From positions 1 to 64,000 of the forward strand of contig JANMQY010000114.1 in assembly GCA_031370785.1 (NCBI GenBank): a DNA stretch of 64,000 bases, written 5' to 3'. The translations under genes and the position numbers were made by a program. How positions within the stretch are numbered: the stretch's first letter is position 1; every line of letters begins with the position of its first letter. This document shows, in pieces, positions 46,357 through 55,230 of this stretch. This stretch comes from Candidatus Eiseniibacteriota bacterium (GTDB taxonomy: Bacteria; Eisenbacteria; RBG-16-71-46). The notes under the pieces are model-generated. The model searched no databases. It was not told the DNA's origin and saw nothing but the letters and a program-made list of their open reading frames with translations.

Positions 46357-47796
46357 TCACGCGCGGCCGCTGCGCGCGGCCATCTCCTCTTTCAGCAGAT
46401 CCTGCACGACCTGCGGCGCGGCCTGTCCATCGCTCTTCTTCATCACCTGCCCGACGAGGAAGCCCAGCGTCGTGGCCTTGCCCGCGAGGTACTGAGAGAC
46501 AGGGCCAGGATTCTCGTCGAGCGCGGCCCGCACCAACCCGAGCAGGTCGCCCCGATCCGGAACCTTGAAGCCGCCGCTCGCAATCACGGAGTCGGGATCG
46601 GAGCCCTGCTGGAGGACCAGCTCCAGAATCCGGTTGGCGAGCGGCCCCGGAAAACTGACCGCCGTCACATTGTTGAAGCGGATGAGATGTTCGACGTTCA
46701 GCGACCTTCCCTCGCGCTCCTCGCGGTAGAACTTCAGCACCCGGTTCATGAGGAAGTTGCTGGCGAGTTTGCGGTTCGTGCTGCCCCCGATGACCTTGTC
46801 CGCGAAATCCGAGTACTCACGATCCTCGTTCAGCACGCTTGCGTCGTAGGCGGGCAATCCGTACTCGCGAACGAAACGCTCCGCGCGCATCCAGGGCAGC
46901 TCGGGCAGGGCGGCGGCCGCCTGTTTGAGCCAGGCTCCGTTCACCTTCAGGACCGGAAGGTCCGGCTCCGGGAAGTAGCGGTAGTCGTGCGCGTGCTCCT
47001 TGGTGCGCATCACCGCCAGCCGATCGTGATCGGCGTCGAACAGCAGCGTCGCCTGCTCGATGCGTCCGCCGGATTCGAGCACGCCGCCCTGGCGCGCGAT
47101 TTCGGCGATGAGGCCCTTTTCCACCGCCTTGATCGAGTTCAGGTTCTTGATCTCGGTCTTGGTGCCGAGCGCGCTCTGCGAGGCCGGGCGCAGCGAAACG
47201 TTCGCGTCGCAGCGCAGCTGGCCCTTCTCCATGTCTCCGTCCGAGATGCCGAGCCAGCGCACCAGCCGGCGCAGCGCGAGCAGGAACGAAGCGCAATCCG
47301 AAGGCTCGTGGAAGACGGGTAGCGTGACCAGCTCGAGCAGCGGCACGCCCGCGCGGTTGAATTCCACGCGCGAGACCCGCCGGTCGCCCTGGCGCTCCGG
47401 GTGAAACGACTTGCCGGTGTCCTCCTCGACATGAATCCGGACCAGCGGAAACGCCTTCGTCCCGCCCTCGAGCGCGACCGGGAGCGCTCCGCCTTCGCAC
47501 AGCGGTCGGTCATACTGGGTGATCTGGTAGTTCTTCGGCATGTCCGGATAGAAGTAGTTCTTACGCGCGAACACGCTCTCCGCGCGCACTTCGCAGCCGA
47601 GGGCGAGGCCGAGGCGCAGCGCCGCGTCGATCGCGGCGCGGTTGGCGCGCGGCAGCGCCCCGGGCAGGCCCAAGCACACCGGGCACACGTTGCGATTCGC
47701 GGGCGCGCCGAACTCGACCGGACACTCGCAGAACATCTTGCTGCGGGTGGCGAGCTGGATATGGCACTCGAGGCCGATTACCGCCTGGTGGGCCAT
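46357..47796 (-). CDS. gatB: Asp/Glu-tRNA amidotransferase subunit B
   Basis: IGLECH, CLGLPGALP, RKNYFYPD, HVEEDTGK, LRCDANVS, EIKNLNS, YRYFPEPDL. Confidence 0.97.
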   Translation of the reverse strand: MAHQAVIGLECHIQLATRSKMFCECPVEFGAPANRNVCPVCLGLPGALPRANRAAIDAALRLGLALGCEVRAESVFARKNYFYPDMPKNYQITQYDRPLCEGGALPVALEGGTKAFPLVRIHVEEDTGKSFHPERQGDRRVSRVEFNRAGVPLLELVTLPVFHEPSDCASFLLALRRLVRWLGISDGDMEKGQLRCDANVSLRPASQSALGTKTEIKNLNSIKAVEKGLIAEIARQGGVLESGGRIEQATLLFDADHDRLAVMRTKEHAHDYRYFPEPDLPVLKVNGAWLKQAAAALPELPWMRAERFVREYGLPAYDASVLNEDREYSDFADKVIGGSTNRKLASNFLMNRVLKFYREEREGRSLNVEHLIRFNNVTAVSFPGPLANRILELVLQQGSDPDSVIASGGFKVPDRGDLLGLVRAALDENPGPVSQYLAGKATTLGFLVGQVMKKSDGQAAPQVVQDLLKEEMAARSGRA

Positions 47797-49253
47797 GAGA
47801 ACTCCGATTCGAAGGACGCTTCCAGCCGCGAGACATCGCCGCGCACTTCGATGGCGCGCCCGGCGCGCAGCAGCGCGGGCTCGCCATCCTCGGGTCCGAG
47901 CAGCTGCACCGCGAGCGGCAGTCCGCCCTTGCCGATTCCGACCGGCACGGTGAGTCCCGGGATTCCGGCGAGATTGGCGCCGATGGTGAAGATGTCGCTC
48001 AGGTACATCTCGAGCGGATCCTCGGTCTTCTCGCCAAGCCGGAACGCAGTGGTGGGCGCAGCCGGCATCAGCATCAGGTCGCAACGCGCGAACGCTTCCC
48101 CGTACTCGCGGCGGATGCGGGTGCGCGCCTTCTGAGCGGTGAGGTAGTAGGCGTCGTAGTACCCGGCCGAGAGCGCGTAGGTGCCGAGCAGGATGCGGCG
48201 CTGCACTTCGGGACCGAACCCGGCGCTGCGCGTTCGGGTATAGAGGAAACGCACATCCGGCGCATCCGGGTGACGGAAGCCGTAGCGCACGCCATCGAAC
48301 CGCGCCAGATTCGAGCTGGCCTCCGCGGTCGCGACCAGGTAGTAGGTGGCGACCGCGTACTCGCCAGGCAGGAAGTCGAAGGTCACGCGGGTCGCGCCCG
48401 CCGTCTCGAGCCACGAGGCGGCGTGCTCGAGACCTTCCACCACTTCACTCGCGACTCCCGCCTTCCAGAGATTCTGCGGCCAGCCAAAGCGCAGGCCCTT
48501 CACGCCCTGCGCCCAGCCCGAGAGGTCGGGCGCCTCATCGAGCCGCGTGGTCGCATCGAACGGGTCCGGGCCGGCGAGCGCGGAATAGGCGAGCGCGATA
48601 TCGCCCGCGTGCCGCGCGAAGATCCCGACCTGATCCAGCGACGAGCCAAACGCGACCAGTCCGTAGCGCGAGAGGCGTCCGTAGGTGGGCTTGAGCCCGA
48701 ACACCCCGCAGAACGCGGCGGGCTGACGCACCGAGCCGCCGGTGTCCGAGCCGAGCGCGAGGGGAACAAGTCCGTAGGCCACTGCGGCGGCCGGCCCTCC
48801 GCTCGAGCCGCCCGGCACGCGCTTCAGATCGTACGGATTGCGCGTGGGCCCGTAGCAGCTGTACTCGGTGGACGAGCCCATTGCGAACTCGTCCATGTTG
48901 CCCTTGCCCGCCACCACCGCGCCCGCCTCGCGCAGGCGCCGGATCACGGTCGCATCGTACGGCGAGCGCCAGCCGGCGAGAATGCGCGAGGCGCAGGTGG
49001 TGGGGTAGTCGGTCGTGCACAGGTTGTCCTTGACCAGCACCGGCACTCCGGCGAGTGCGCCGCCTTTGACTGCGCGCGCGCCGGCCGCTCTCACCGAAGC
49101 ATCCTCGTGCACTACCGCGTGCACGTCATGCTCCCAGGTGCGCGCGGGTCCCTCCCAGCCGGACTCGACCACGTCCCAGGCCTCGAGCATGCCCGCGCGG
49201 ACGTCGGCGGCGTTGCGCGCCGCCGACCGGCGCCACAGCTCGGCGGCGCTCAT
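47778..49253 (-). CDS. gatA: Asp/Glu-tRNA amidotransferase subunit A
   Basis: VKDN, NMDEFAMGSS, GGSSGG, GSDTGGSVRQP, SSNLARFDG, RRILLGTY; ATGA overlap with gatC. Confidence 0.97.
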   Translation of the reverse strand: MSAAELWRRSAARNAADVRAGMLEAWDVVESGWEGPARTWEHDVHAVVHEDASVRAAGARAVKGGALAGVPVLVKDNLCTTDYPTTCASRILAGWRSPYDATVIRRLREAGAVVAGKGNMDEFAMGSSTEYSCYGPTRNPYDLKRVPGGSSGGPAAAVAYGLVPLALGSDTGGSVRQPAAFCGVFGLKPTYGRLSRYGLVAFGSSLDQVGIFARHAGDIALAYSALAGPDPFDATTRLDEAPDLSGWAQGVKGLRFGWPQNLWKAGVASEVVEGLEHAASWLETAGATRVTFDFLPGEYAVATYYLVATAEASSNLARFDGVRYGFRHPDAPDVRFLYTRTRSAGFGPEVQRRILLGTYALSAGYYDAYYLTAQKARTRIRREYGEAFARCDLMLMPAAPTTAFRLGEKTEDPLEMYLSDIFTIGANLAGIPGLTVPVGIGKGGLPLAVQLLGPEDGEPALLRAGRAIEVRGDVSRLEASFESEFSWPTRR

Positions 49254-49549
49254 GGCTCCAGGTTCTCGACGATCGGCGGCACCAGGAAGAAACCGTCCTC
49301 GGCCTCGGGGGCTCCGGCGGTCGCGACCGCGGGGTCGAGCCGGCGCCCGTTCGTCTCGTCCTCCCGCAGCGGGGCGTCTGCCGGCGCGAAGGTGCTGATC
49401 TCGCAACCAATGAGATCCAGACGATTCAGGGTCGCGACGAACTCCAGCACCGCCGAGAGCTCGGCGCGCATGCGCTCGATGCGATCTTCCGGAATCTCGA
49501 GCCGGGCCAGCTCGGCGATGCGCTCGACTTCTTCGCGGCTAATCGCCAT
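49250..49549 (-). CDS. gatC: Asp/Glu-tRNA amidotransferase subunit C
   Basis: ISREEVERIAELARL, LRED, FFLVP; upstream of gatA. Confidence 0.93.
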   Translation of the reverse strand: MAISREEVERIAELARLEIPEDRIERMRAELSAVLEFVATLNRLDLIGCEISTFAPADAPLREDETNGRRLDPAVATAGAPEAEDGFFLVPPIVENLEP

Positions 49550-51779
49550 CCGATCCTCCAGTCAGGAAGCGCCCGATCACGCGTTTGATCACGGTGCCGA
49601 AGCGCACCGTGTATCTGGCGTCCGCGCCTTCGCCGTCGGCGTCGACCACGACGCCTCGTCCGAAGCTCTCGTGATACACCTCGCGACCCACCACGCGCGA
49701 GCGTCCGGCGCGGTGGGCGTGGACTCCGGGCCCGACGGGAGTCCCGTCCCCGTCGGTATCGGCCTTGGCCCTGGCCCAGGTCGAGCGCCACGGCCTCGGG
49801 CCCGCTTCGCTCGATCCGCCGCGAGCGGCGCGCGCTTCCTGCCGTTCGAGCAGCTCGGCCGGAATCTCCTCGATGAAGCGCGACACCGATCCACCACGCG
49901 CCCCTTCGAAGCGCCGGCGATACGCGGCGGCGCTGAGCAGCACCCGGTCGCGGGCGCGGGTCAGGGCGACGTAGAACAGTCGCCGTTCTTCTTCCAGCTC
50001 GTCCGGGTCGTCCAGCGACGAGCCGTGGGGAAAGAGCCCCTCTTCGAGCCCGGCGACCACCACCACCGGAAATTCCAGCCCCTTGGCGTTGTGCGCGGTC
50101 AGCAGCAGGACGCGGTCCGCGCCTTCGGCCAGCCGGTCGGCGTCCGTGGTCAGCGCGGTCTCCGCGAGAAAATCAAAGAGACTCGAGCCCGACCCCTCTT
50201 CGTCACGCTCCCGCTCCTCGGACTGGACTGCGGCCGCGACCAGCTCCTCGACGTTCGCGCGCCGCTCGTTCGCGCTCTCGCAGTCTTCCCCATCCAGGTG
50301 CGGCAGGTAGTGCGAACGCTCGAGGACGTGGAGCATGAGCGCCTCCATCGAACCGCTCTGGCGCTGGCGGATCTCCTCGAGCAGCGCGAGCAGATCGGTC
50401 GCCCCGGCCAGGGCCGCCCGGGTCAGCGTCCGACCCGTGACGAGATCCCTGAGCGCCGACTCGGGCGTGCCCCCTCGTTCCGCGAGGAGCACTTCGAGCT
50501 GGGTGCGCACCGCAGGACCGAGCCCCCGGCGCGGCGTGTTCCAGATGCGCCAGAACGACACGGCATCGGTGGGATTGATCGCCGCGCGCAGGTACGCGAG
50601 CACGTCCTTGACCTCACGGCGCTGATAGAAAGCCACCCCGCCCACGATTTCGTAGAGGATGGCGCGCTGGCGCAGCTCGGTCTCGAGCGCGCGCGATTGC
50701 GCGTTGGTCCGGTACAGCACCGCGCATTCGTCGAAGCGCCCCCCCCCGCGCACGTGCTCCTCGAGAAAAGCGCGGATGCGGCCCGCCTCGTCCACCTCGT
50801 CGGCGGCCAGTACGAAGCGCAGCAGCGCGCCGTCCTCGCGGTCGCACCACAAATTCTTGCCCTTGCGCGCCTGGTTGTTCGCGATCACCGCGTTGGCGGC
50901 CTTCAGGATGTTCCCGGTCGAGCGATAGTTCTGTTCGAGGCGAACCACCGCCGCGCCCGGGAACGTGGTCTCGAAGTCGAGGACGTTCGCGAGGTCCGCG
51001 CCCCGCCACCCGTAGATGGACTGGTCGTCATCCCCGACCACGAACAGATTCCTGTGCACCCGGCTCAGCGCCGCGACCAGCCGGAACTGGGCGTGATTGG
51101 TGTCCTGATACTCGTCGACCAGCACGTGTTCGAAGCGGCGCGCATAGCGCTCGCCGAACTCGGGACGCTCGAGCAGTCGCACGGTTACCGCAATCAGGTC
51201 GTCGAAGTCGAAGGCGCCGGCGGCGCGCAGCGCGTCCGAATACAGCGCATAGCACTCGGCGATCTGCTTCTCGTACGGGCTCACCGCGAGCCGTGCCGCC
51301 TCGGCCGGGGTCACCAGCGCGTTCTTCGCATCCGAGATGCGCGACAGCACCGCGCCCAGCCGGTATGCGGCCTCGGGCAGCTGCAGGCGGCGCAGGATCT
51401 CGCGCAGGACCGATTCCTGATCCTCGCGATCGTAGATCGCGAACGAGCGTGGCCGGTCGAGCGCCGCGGCCTCGCGGCGCAGGATGCGCACCGCGGTCGC
51501 GTGAAAGGTGCCCACCCACAGGCGTGCCGCGCTCTCGCCCACCGCCCGCTCGATGCGCTCCTTCATCTCGCGCGCAGCGCGGTTGGTGAAGGTGAATGCC
51601 ATCACGCTCTCGGGCCTTACTCCACGTTCGAGCAGGCGCGCGATGCGCGCCGTCAGGACCCGGGTCTTGCCGCTGCCCGCTCCGGCGACGACGAGCAGCG
51701 GCCCGTCGAGGTGCTCGACCGCGGCGCGCTGAGCCTCGTTGAGCGTGGGGAGTTCAGGGAGTGCGGGACGGGCGGTCAC
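49539..51779 (-). CDS. pcrA: ATP-dependent DNA helicase PcrA/UvrD
   Basis: AGAGSGKTRV, FTNRAAREM, VDEYQDTN, VGDDDQSIYGWRGA, LEQNYRS, EEERRLFYVA, C-terminal Tudor-like H..FG.G. Confidence 0.96.
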   Translation of the reverse strand: MTARPALPELPTLNEAQRAAVEHLDGPLLVVAGAGSGKTRVLTARIARLLERGVRPESVMAFTFTNRAAREMKERIERAVGESAARLWVGTFHATAVRILRREAAALDRPRSFAIYDREDQESVLREILRRLQLPEAAYRLGAVLSRISDAKNALVTPAEAARLAVSPYEKQIAECYALYSDALRAAGAFDFDDLIAVTVRLLERPEFGERYARRFEHVLVDEYQDTNHAQFRLVAALSRVHRNLFVVGDDDQSIYGWRGADLANVLDFETTFPGAAVVRLEQNYRSTGNILKAANAVIANNQARKGKNLWCDREDGALLRFVLAADEVDEAGRIRAFLEEHVRGGGRFDECAVLYRTNAQSRALETELRQRAILYEIVGGVAFYQRREVKDVLAYLRAAINPTDAVSFWRIWNTPRRGLGPAVRTQLEVLLAERGGTPESALRDLVTGRTLTRAALAGATDLLALLEEIRQRQSGSMEALMLHVLERSHYLPHLDGEDCESANERRANVEELVAAAVQSEERERDEEGSGSSLFDFLAETALTTDADRLAEGADRVLLLTAHNAKGLEFPVVVVAGLEEGLFPHGSSLDDPDELEEERRLFYVALTRARDRVLLSAAAYRRRFEGARGGSVSRFIEEIPAELLERQEARAARGGSSEAGPRPWRSTWARAKADTDGDGTPVGPGVHAHRAGRSRVVGREVYHESFGRGVVVDADGEGADARYTVRFGTVIKRVIGRFLTGGSDGD

Positions 51780-51950
51780 GGTACCTCGTGGAGGGAGGCA
51801 TGGTGGAGGGAGGTGTGAGATGGAAACGTCACCCCGCAATCTAGCCCAAACGTCGCGCGACCGTCCACCGCGAGGCGAACGGCCGCACGGCAAAACGCGG
51901 GAGCGAGCCGCGGGCTCGATCGAGCTCACCAACGGGCTTCAGCGTCGTCG

Positions 51951-54900
51951 TCAGAACTCCGGGCCGATGCTGAAATGCCAGCGCGGTTGAGTGGCTCCGA
52001 CGCCATCGGTGCTCCACGCGCAATCCAGCTTCGCGATCGCGAAGTAGATCGCGGTGCGGATGCCCACACCGAACCCGACCCTGGGAGAGGCCAGGCGCCG
52101 CGAGCCGTCGACGATGTGGGTGAGCAGCAGCTTCTCGCCCTCGTTCCACACCAGGCCCGCATCTCCGAAGATCGCGCCCTTGAGATTGAAGATTCCGATC
52201 GGCACCGGCCCCACCAGCCCGAGCTGCTGGATGAACGGGAAGCGCAGCTCGAGATTCATGATCGCGATCCGCGTACCGAGCAGGTCGAAGTTCGAGAAAC
52301 CGCGCAGCGTCGAGTAGCCGCCCACCCGGAACGTCTGCGCATCGCGGCCGCCGCTGTAGCCGCCCAGCACCCGTCCCGCAAAGGTGTACCCGTGAGTGAG
52401 GTCCCAGTAGCGCCTCGAGTCGAGCGTGACGGTCTGATACGAGAGGCCCCGGTCCGTGACCGGGAACGAGGGGCTGTAGGTCAGGTTGTAGCGCCCACCG
52501 TTGACCGGACCGTAGAAGCCCATCAGCGAGTTGTCGCCGACCAGCGAGAGCGATGGCGAAGTCACCGATCGGAACTGCCTCCCCGACACAAAGTAGAAAC
52601 CGAACGCATCCTTCTCGAAGAAGTCGCGCTCCACGAACATCTGCGTGAAGCCAATCTCCATGCGTCGGAAGCGGCTGAACGGATACGACGAACTCAGCAG
52701 CAGGCCGAAGTTCCGCTCCGAGAACAGGCGCGGACTCCCCAGCGCCTCCCCGAGCGTGGTGACCCGCGACGAATAGTAGTTCTTGAAGTGGAACACGCCG
52801 ACGCTGTAGTCCCAGCGCCGCGGCAGGTAGTTGTAGATCGCGAGCGCATTGGTTTCCTGCAGCGAGCTCGAGACCACATCGGTCGCCACGTAGACACTGT
52901 GATCGCCGAGGAAGTCGCTGAACGCGAACTGGGTGCTGCCGATGAATCCGTAGCCGGTCGCGGCGTAGAAGCCTCCGCCCGCGTAGTCGGGCGAGAGGCG
53001 GACTCGATACGGTGCGGACTTCTGCCCGAGAACCGAGTCGGGCAGCGCGAAAGGACCGCCTCGATCCTGCAGCGGGACCGTGATTGCGAGCGGCGGAAGC
53101 GTGTCGATCGGCGGCGGGAACGAAGCGCGATCCCGCTCGCCGACCCATGCCGGGGGTTCGGATCGCGGCCTGCCGGTAACCCGCATCGTGTCGGCATATC
53201 CCCCGGCCGACACCCGCGGCGAAAGCGTGTCGCTCCCTGCGAGAGCCTTCACATGCGCCACGGTCACGGTGTCCGGCCATCCTTGCGCGAGCGCGCCATG
53301 GTTCGGCGTCACGCGGATCGTATCGCGCGCCCCGCGCGCGGCGGCCTCCACGCTCAGCACCGCGAGGGGATTCTGGCGGCGCAGCCGGTCCAGCACCGGA
53401 TCGAGCGACACCGGCTCGGTCACCGCGAACACGTCGAACCCGCCGTAGTTGAACGCCGAGAAGACCAGTCGATCGTTCTGGCGCGACCAGGAGATGCTCA
53501 GGATCCCACCGGTCACGTCGGTGAGCTGGGTGAAGGTCGAGTCGCGCGAATCGAACAGCAGGACGTTCGGCGTGCCGTTCCGATCGCTGATGAACGCCAG
53601 CTTGCCTCCATCCGGCGACCATGCCGGGGAGTGATCGTCGCCGGCGGTGTCGAGGGTGCGCACGATCGAGCCGCTCGCGAGGTCGTAGTTGAAGAGTCCG
53701 TACGCGCCATAGCCCTTCTCGCGCCGATCCGGATGCAGCACGACCGGCGCCAGCCGGTCGGAGGAGAACGTGATGATGCGCCCGTCCGGGGCCCAGCACG
53801 GCTCCTTCTCGTCGTAGGTGTCGTCGGTCATGCGCGTCGCCTGCCCGGTGCGGGAGTGCACCATCCACAGGTCGGCGCGTCCGTCCTTCACCCCGACCAC
53901 CACGATCGAGTCGGAGACCGGCGACCACGCGGGGTAGTACAGCGCGTCGCATCCCAGATCGATGCGCTTGATCACTTCGCCCTTCTGCGCGCCGATCAGG
54001 TACAGCACGTCGCGCCCGGCGCTCTTGGCGGTGAGCGCGATGCGATTGCCGTCGGGCGACCAGGTGAGCGCACTGCGGAACGACGGGATGGCCTCGAACG
54101 CCACGTTGCGCTCGCCGCGGATGATGCGGCGCAGGACTTTTCCGTCCAGCGCCGACATGATGTAGACGTCGGTGTACTGACGGCGGTCCGAGAAGTACGC
54201 GATGCGGTCGCCCTGCGGCGACACGGCGGGCGCGGTGTTGAGGTTGCTCTGGTCGTGGCGGTGGTCGGTCAGGCGGAGCGCGAATTTCTCCGGGCCCTCC
54301 TTCATCGCGACCGTGGGCCAGTACTGCCGCTTGAGCCACTCGTGCCACTGCTCGTCGAACTTCTCGACCGACATGCCGACGCTGCGCAGGAACGCCCGGT
54401 CGAAGTTTCGCATCTGGCGCGAGCGCTGCAGGATGTCGCGCAGCCTGTCCTCGCCGTATCTCTCCACCAGGTAGCTGAGCGCCGACTGCCCCTGCTTGTA
54501 CACGATGTAGCCGCCCGAGTATTGGAGCGGCGGCAGGTAGCCCTCGATGGTGCCGTCGCGCAGGAACATCTCGGCATTCGACTCGATCCCGAGCGAGAAG
54601 TACTCGGCCATGCCTTCGGCGAACCACAGCGGCATCTGGTAGAAGCTCTGGCGCGCGATGAGCGCGGTGGCCGAGCCGCCGTAGAGCATGTCGAACATGA
54701 TCGCGTGGGTGAGCTCGTGCACCACGACGTGGCGCAGGTCCTCGTAGGAGCCGGTGAACGGCAGCACCACCCGGTTGCGCAGCACTTCGGTGAAGCCCCC
54801 CGTGCCGGCGTCGATCAGCTCGGGGGTGACGTTGGTCTGGGCGAAATCGTTGTGCGAGCCGTAGAGGATGATCGGGACGCGCCGGCCCAGGGTGTGGCCC

Positions 54901-55136
54901 ATGCGCCGGGACAGGCGGTCATGGGTCTTCTCGGACAGGTCCATGACCCGCATCGCGAGGCTGTCGAGCCCGGGGTAGAAGTACACCTCGAAATGGTCCG
55001 AGGTGATGGAACGCCAGTCGTAGCGCCGGTACTGGACCTTGTTCTGGCCGAAGTACTGGGCATGGGCCGCGCCCGCAACACCGAGCAGCGCGAACAGCGT
55101 CAACGCCAGAACCCGCCTCGCCCTCATCCCCTGCAT
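51951..55136 (-). CDS. Outer-membrane protein: gluzincin-like peptidase domain + PD40/TolB-like propeller + Omp85 beta-barrel
   Basis: Signal peptide, FGQNKVQY, HELTH...WFAEGMAEY, repeated PAWSPDG motifs, barrel LRGF, ELRFP, terminal GPEF. Confidence 0.85.
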   Translation of the reverse strand: MQGMRARRVLALTLFALLGVAGAAHAQYFGQNKVQYRRYDWRSITSDHFEVYFYPGLDSLAMRVMDLSEKTHDRLSRRMGHTLGRRVPIILYGSHNDFAQTNVTPELIDAGTGGFTEVLRNRVVLPFTGSYEDLRHVVVHELTHAIMFDMLYGGSATALIARQSFYQMPLWFAEGMAEYFSLGIESNAEMFLRDGTIEGYLPPLQYSGGYIVYKQGQSALSYLVERYGEDRLRDILQRSRQMRNFDRAFLRSVGMSVEKFDEQWHEWLKRQYWPTVAMKEGPEKFALRLTDHRHDQSNLNTAPAVSPQGDRIAYFSDRRQYTDVYIMSALDGKVLRRIIRGERNVAFEAIPSFRSALTWSPDGNRIALTAKSAGRDVLYLIGAQKGEVIKRIDLGCDALYYPAWSPVSDSIVVVGVKDGRADLWMVHSRTGQATRMTDDTYDEKEPCWAPDGRIITFSSDRLAPVVLHPDRREKGYGAYGLFNYDLASGSIVRTLDTAGDDHSPAWSPDGGKLAFISDRNGTPNVLLFDSRDSTFTQLTDVTGGILSISWSRQNDRLVFSAFNYGGFDVFAVTEPVSLDPVLDRLRRQNPLAVLSVEAAARGARDTIRVTPNHGALAQGWPDTVTVAHVKALAGSDTLSPRVSAGGYADTMRVTGRPRSEPPAWVGERDRASFPPPIDTLPPLAITVPLQDRGGPFALPDSVLGQKSAPYRVRLSPDYAGGGFYAATGYGFIGSTQFAFSDFLGDHSVYVATDVVSSSLQETNALAIYNYLPRRWDYSVGVFHFKNYYSSRVTTLGEALGSPRLFSERNFGLLLSSSYPFSRFRRMEIGFTQMFVERDFFEKDAFGFYFVSGRQFRSVTSPSLSLVGDNSLMGFYGPVNGGRYNLTYSPSFPVTDRGLSYQTVTLDSRRYWDLTHGYTFAGRVLGGYSGGRDAQTFRVGGYSTLRGFSNFDLLGTRIAIMNLELRFPFIQQLGLVGPVPIGIFNLKGAIFGDAGLVWNEGEKLLLTHIVDGSRRLASPRVGFGVGIRTAIYFAIAKLDCAWSTDGVGATQPRWHFSIGPEF

Positions 55137-55230
55137 GCCGCGTCCTTTCGTCCCGATCGTGGACTCGATCCCGAGATCAGCTTACACCGCTTCAGACGTT
55201 CCAGGTTCCTTCGAGTTCCGAGCTTCTCCT

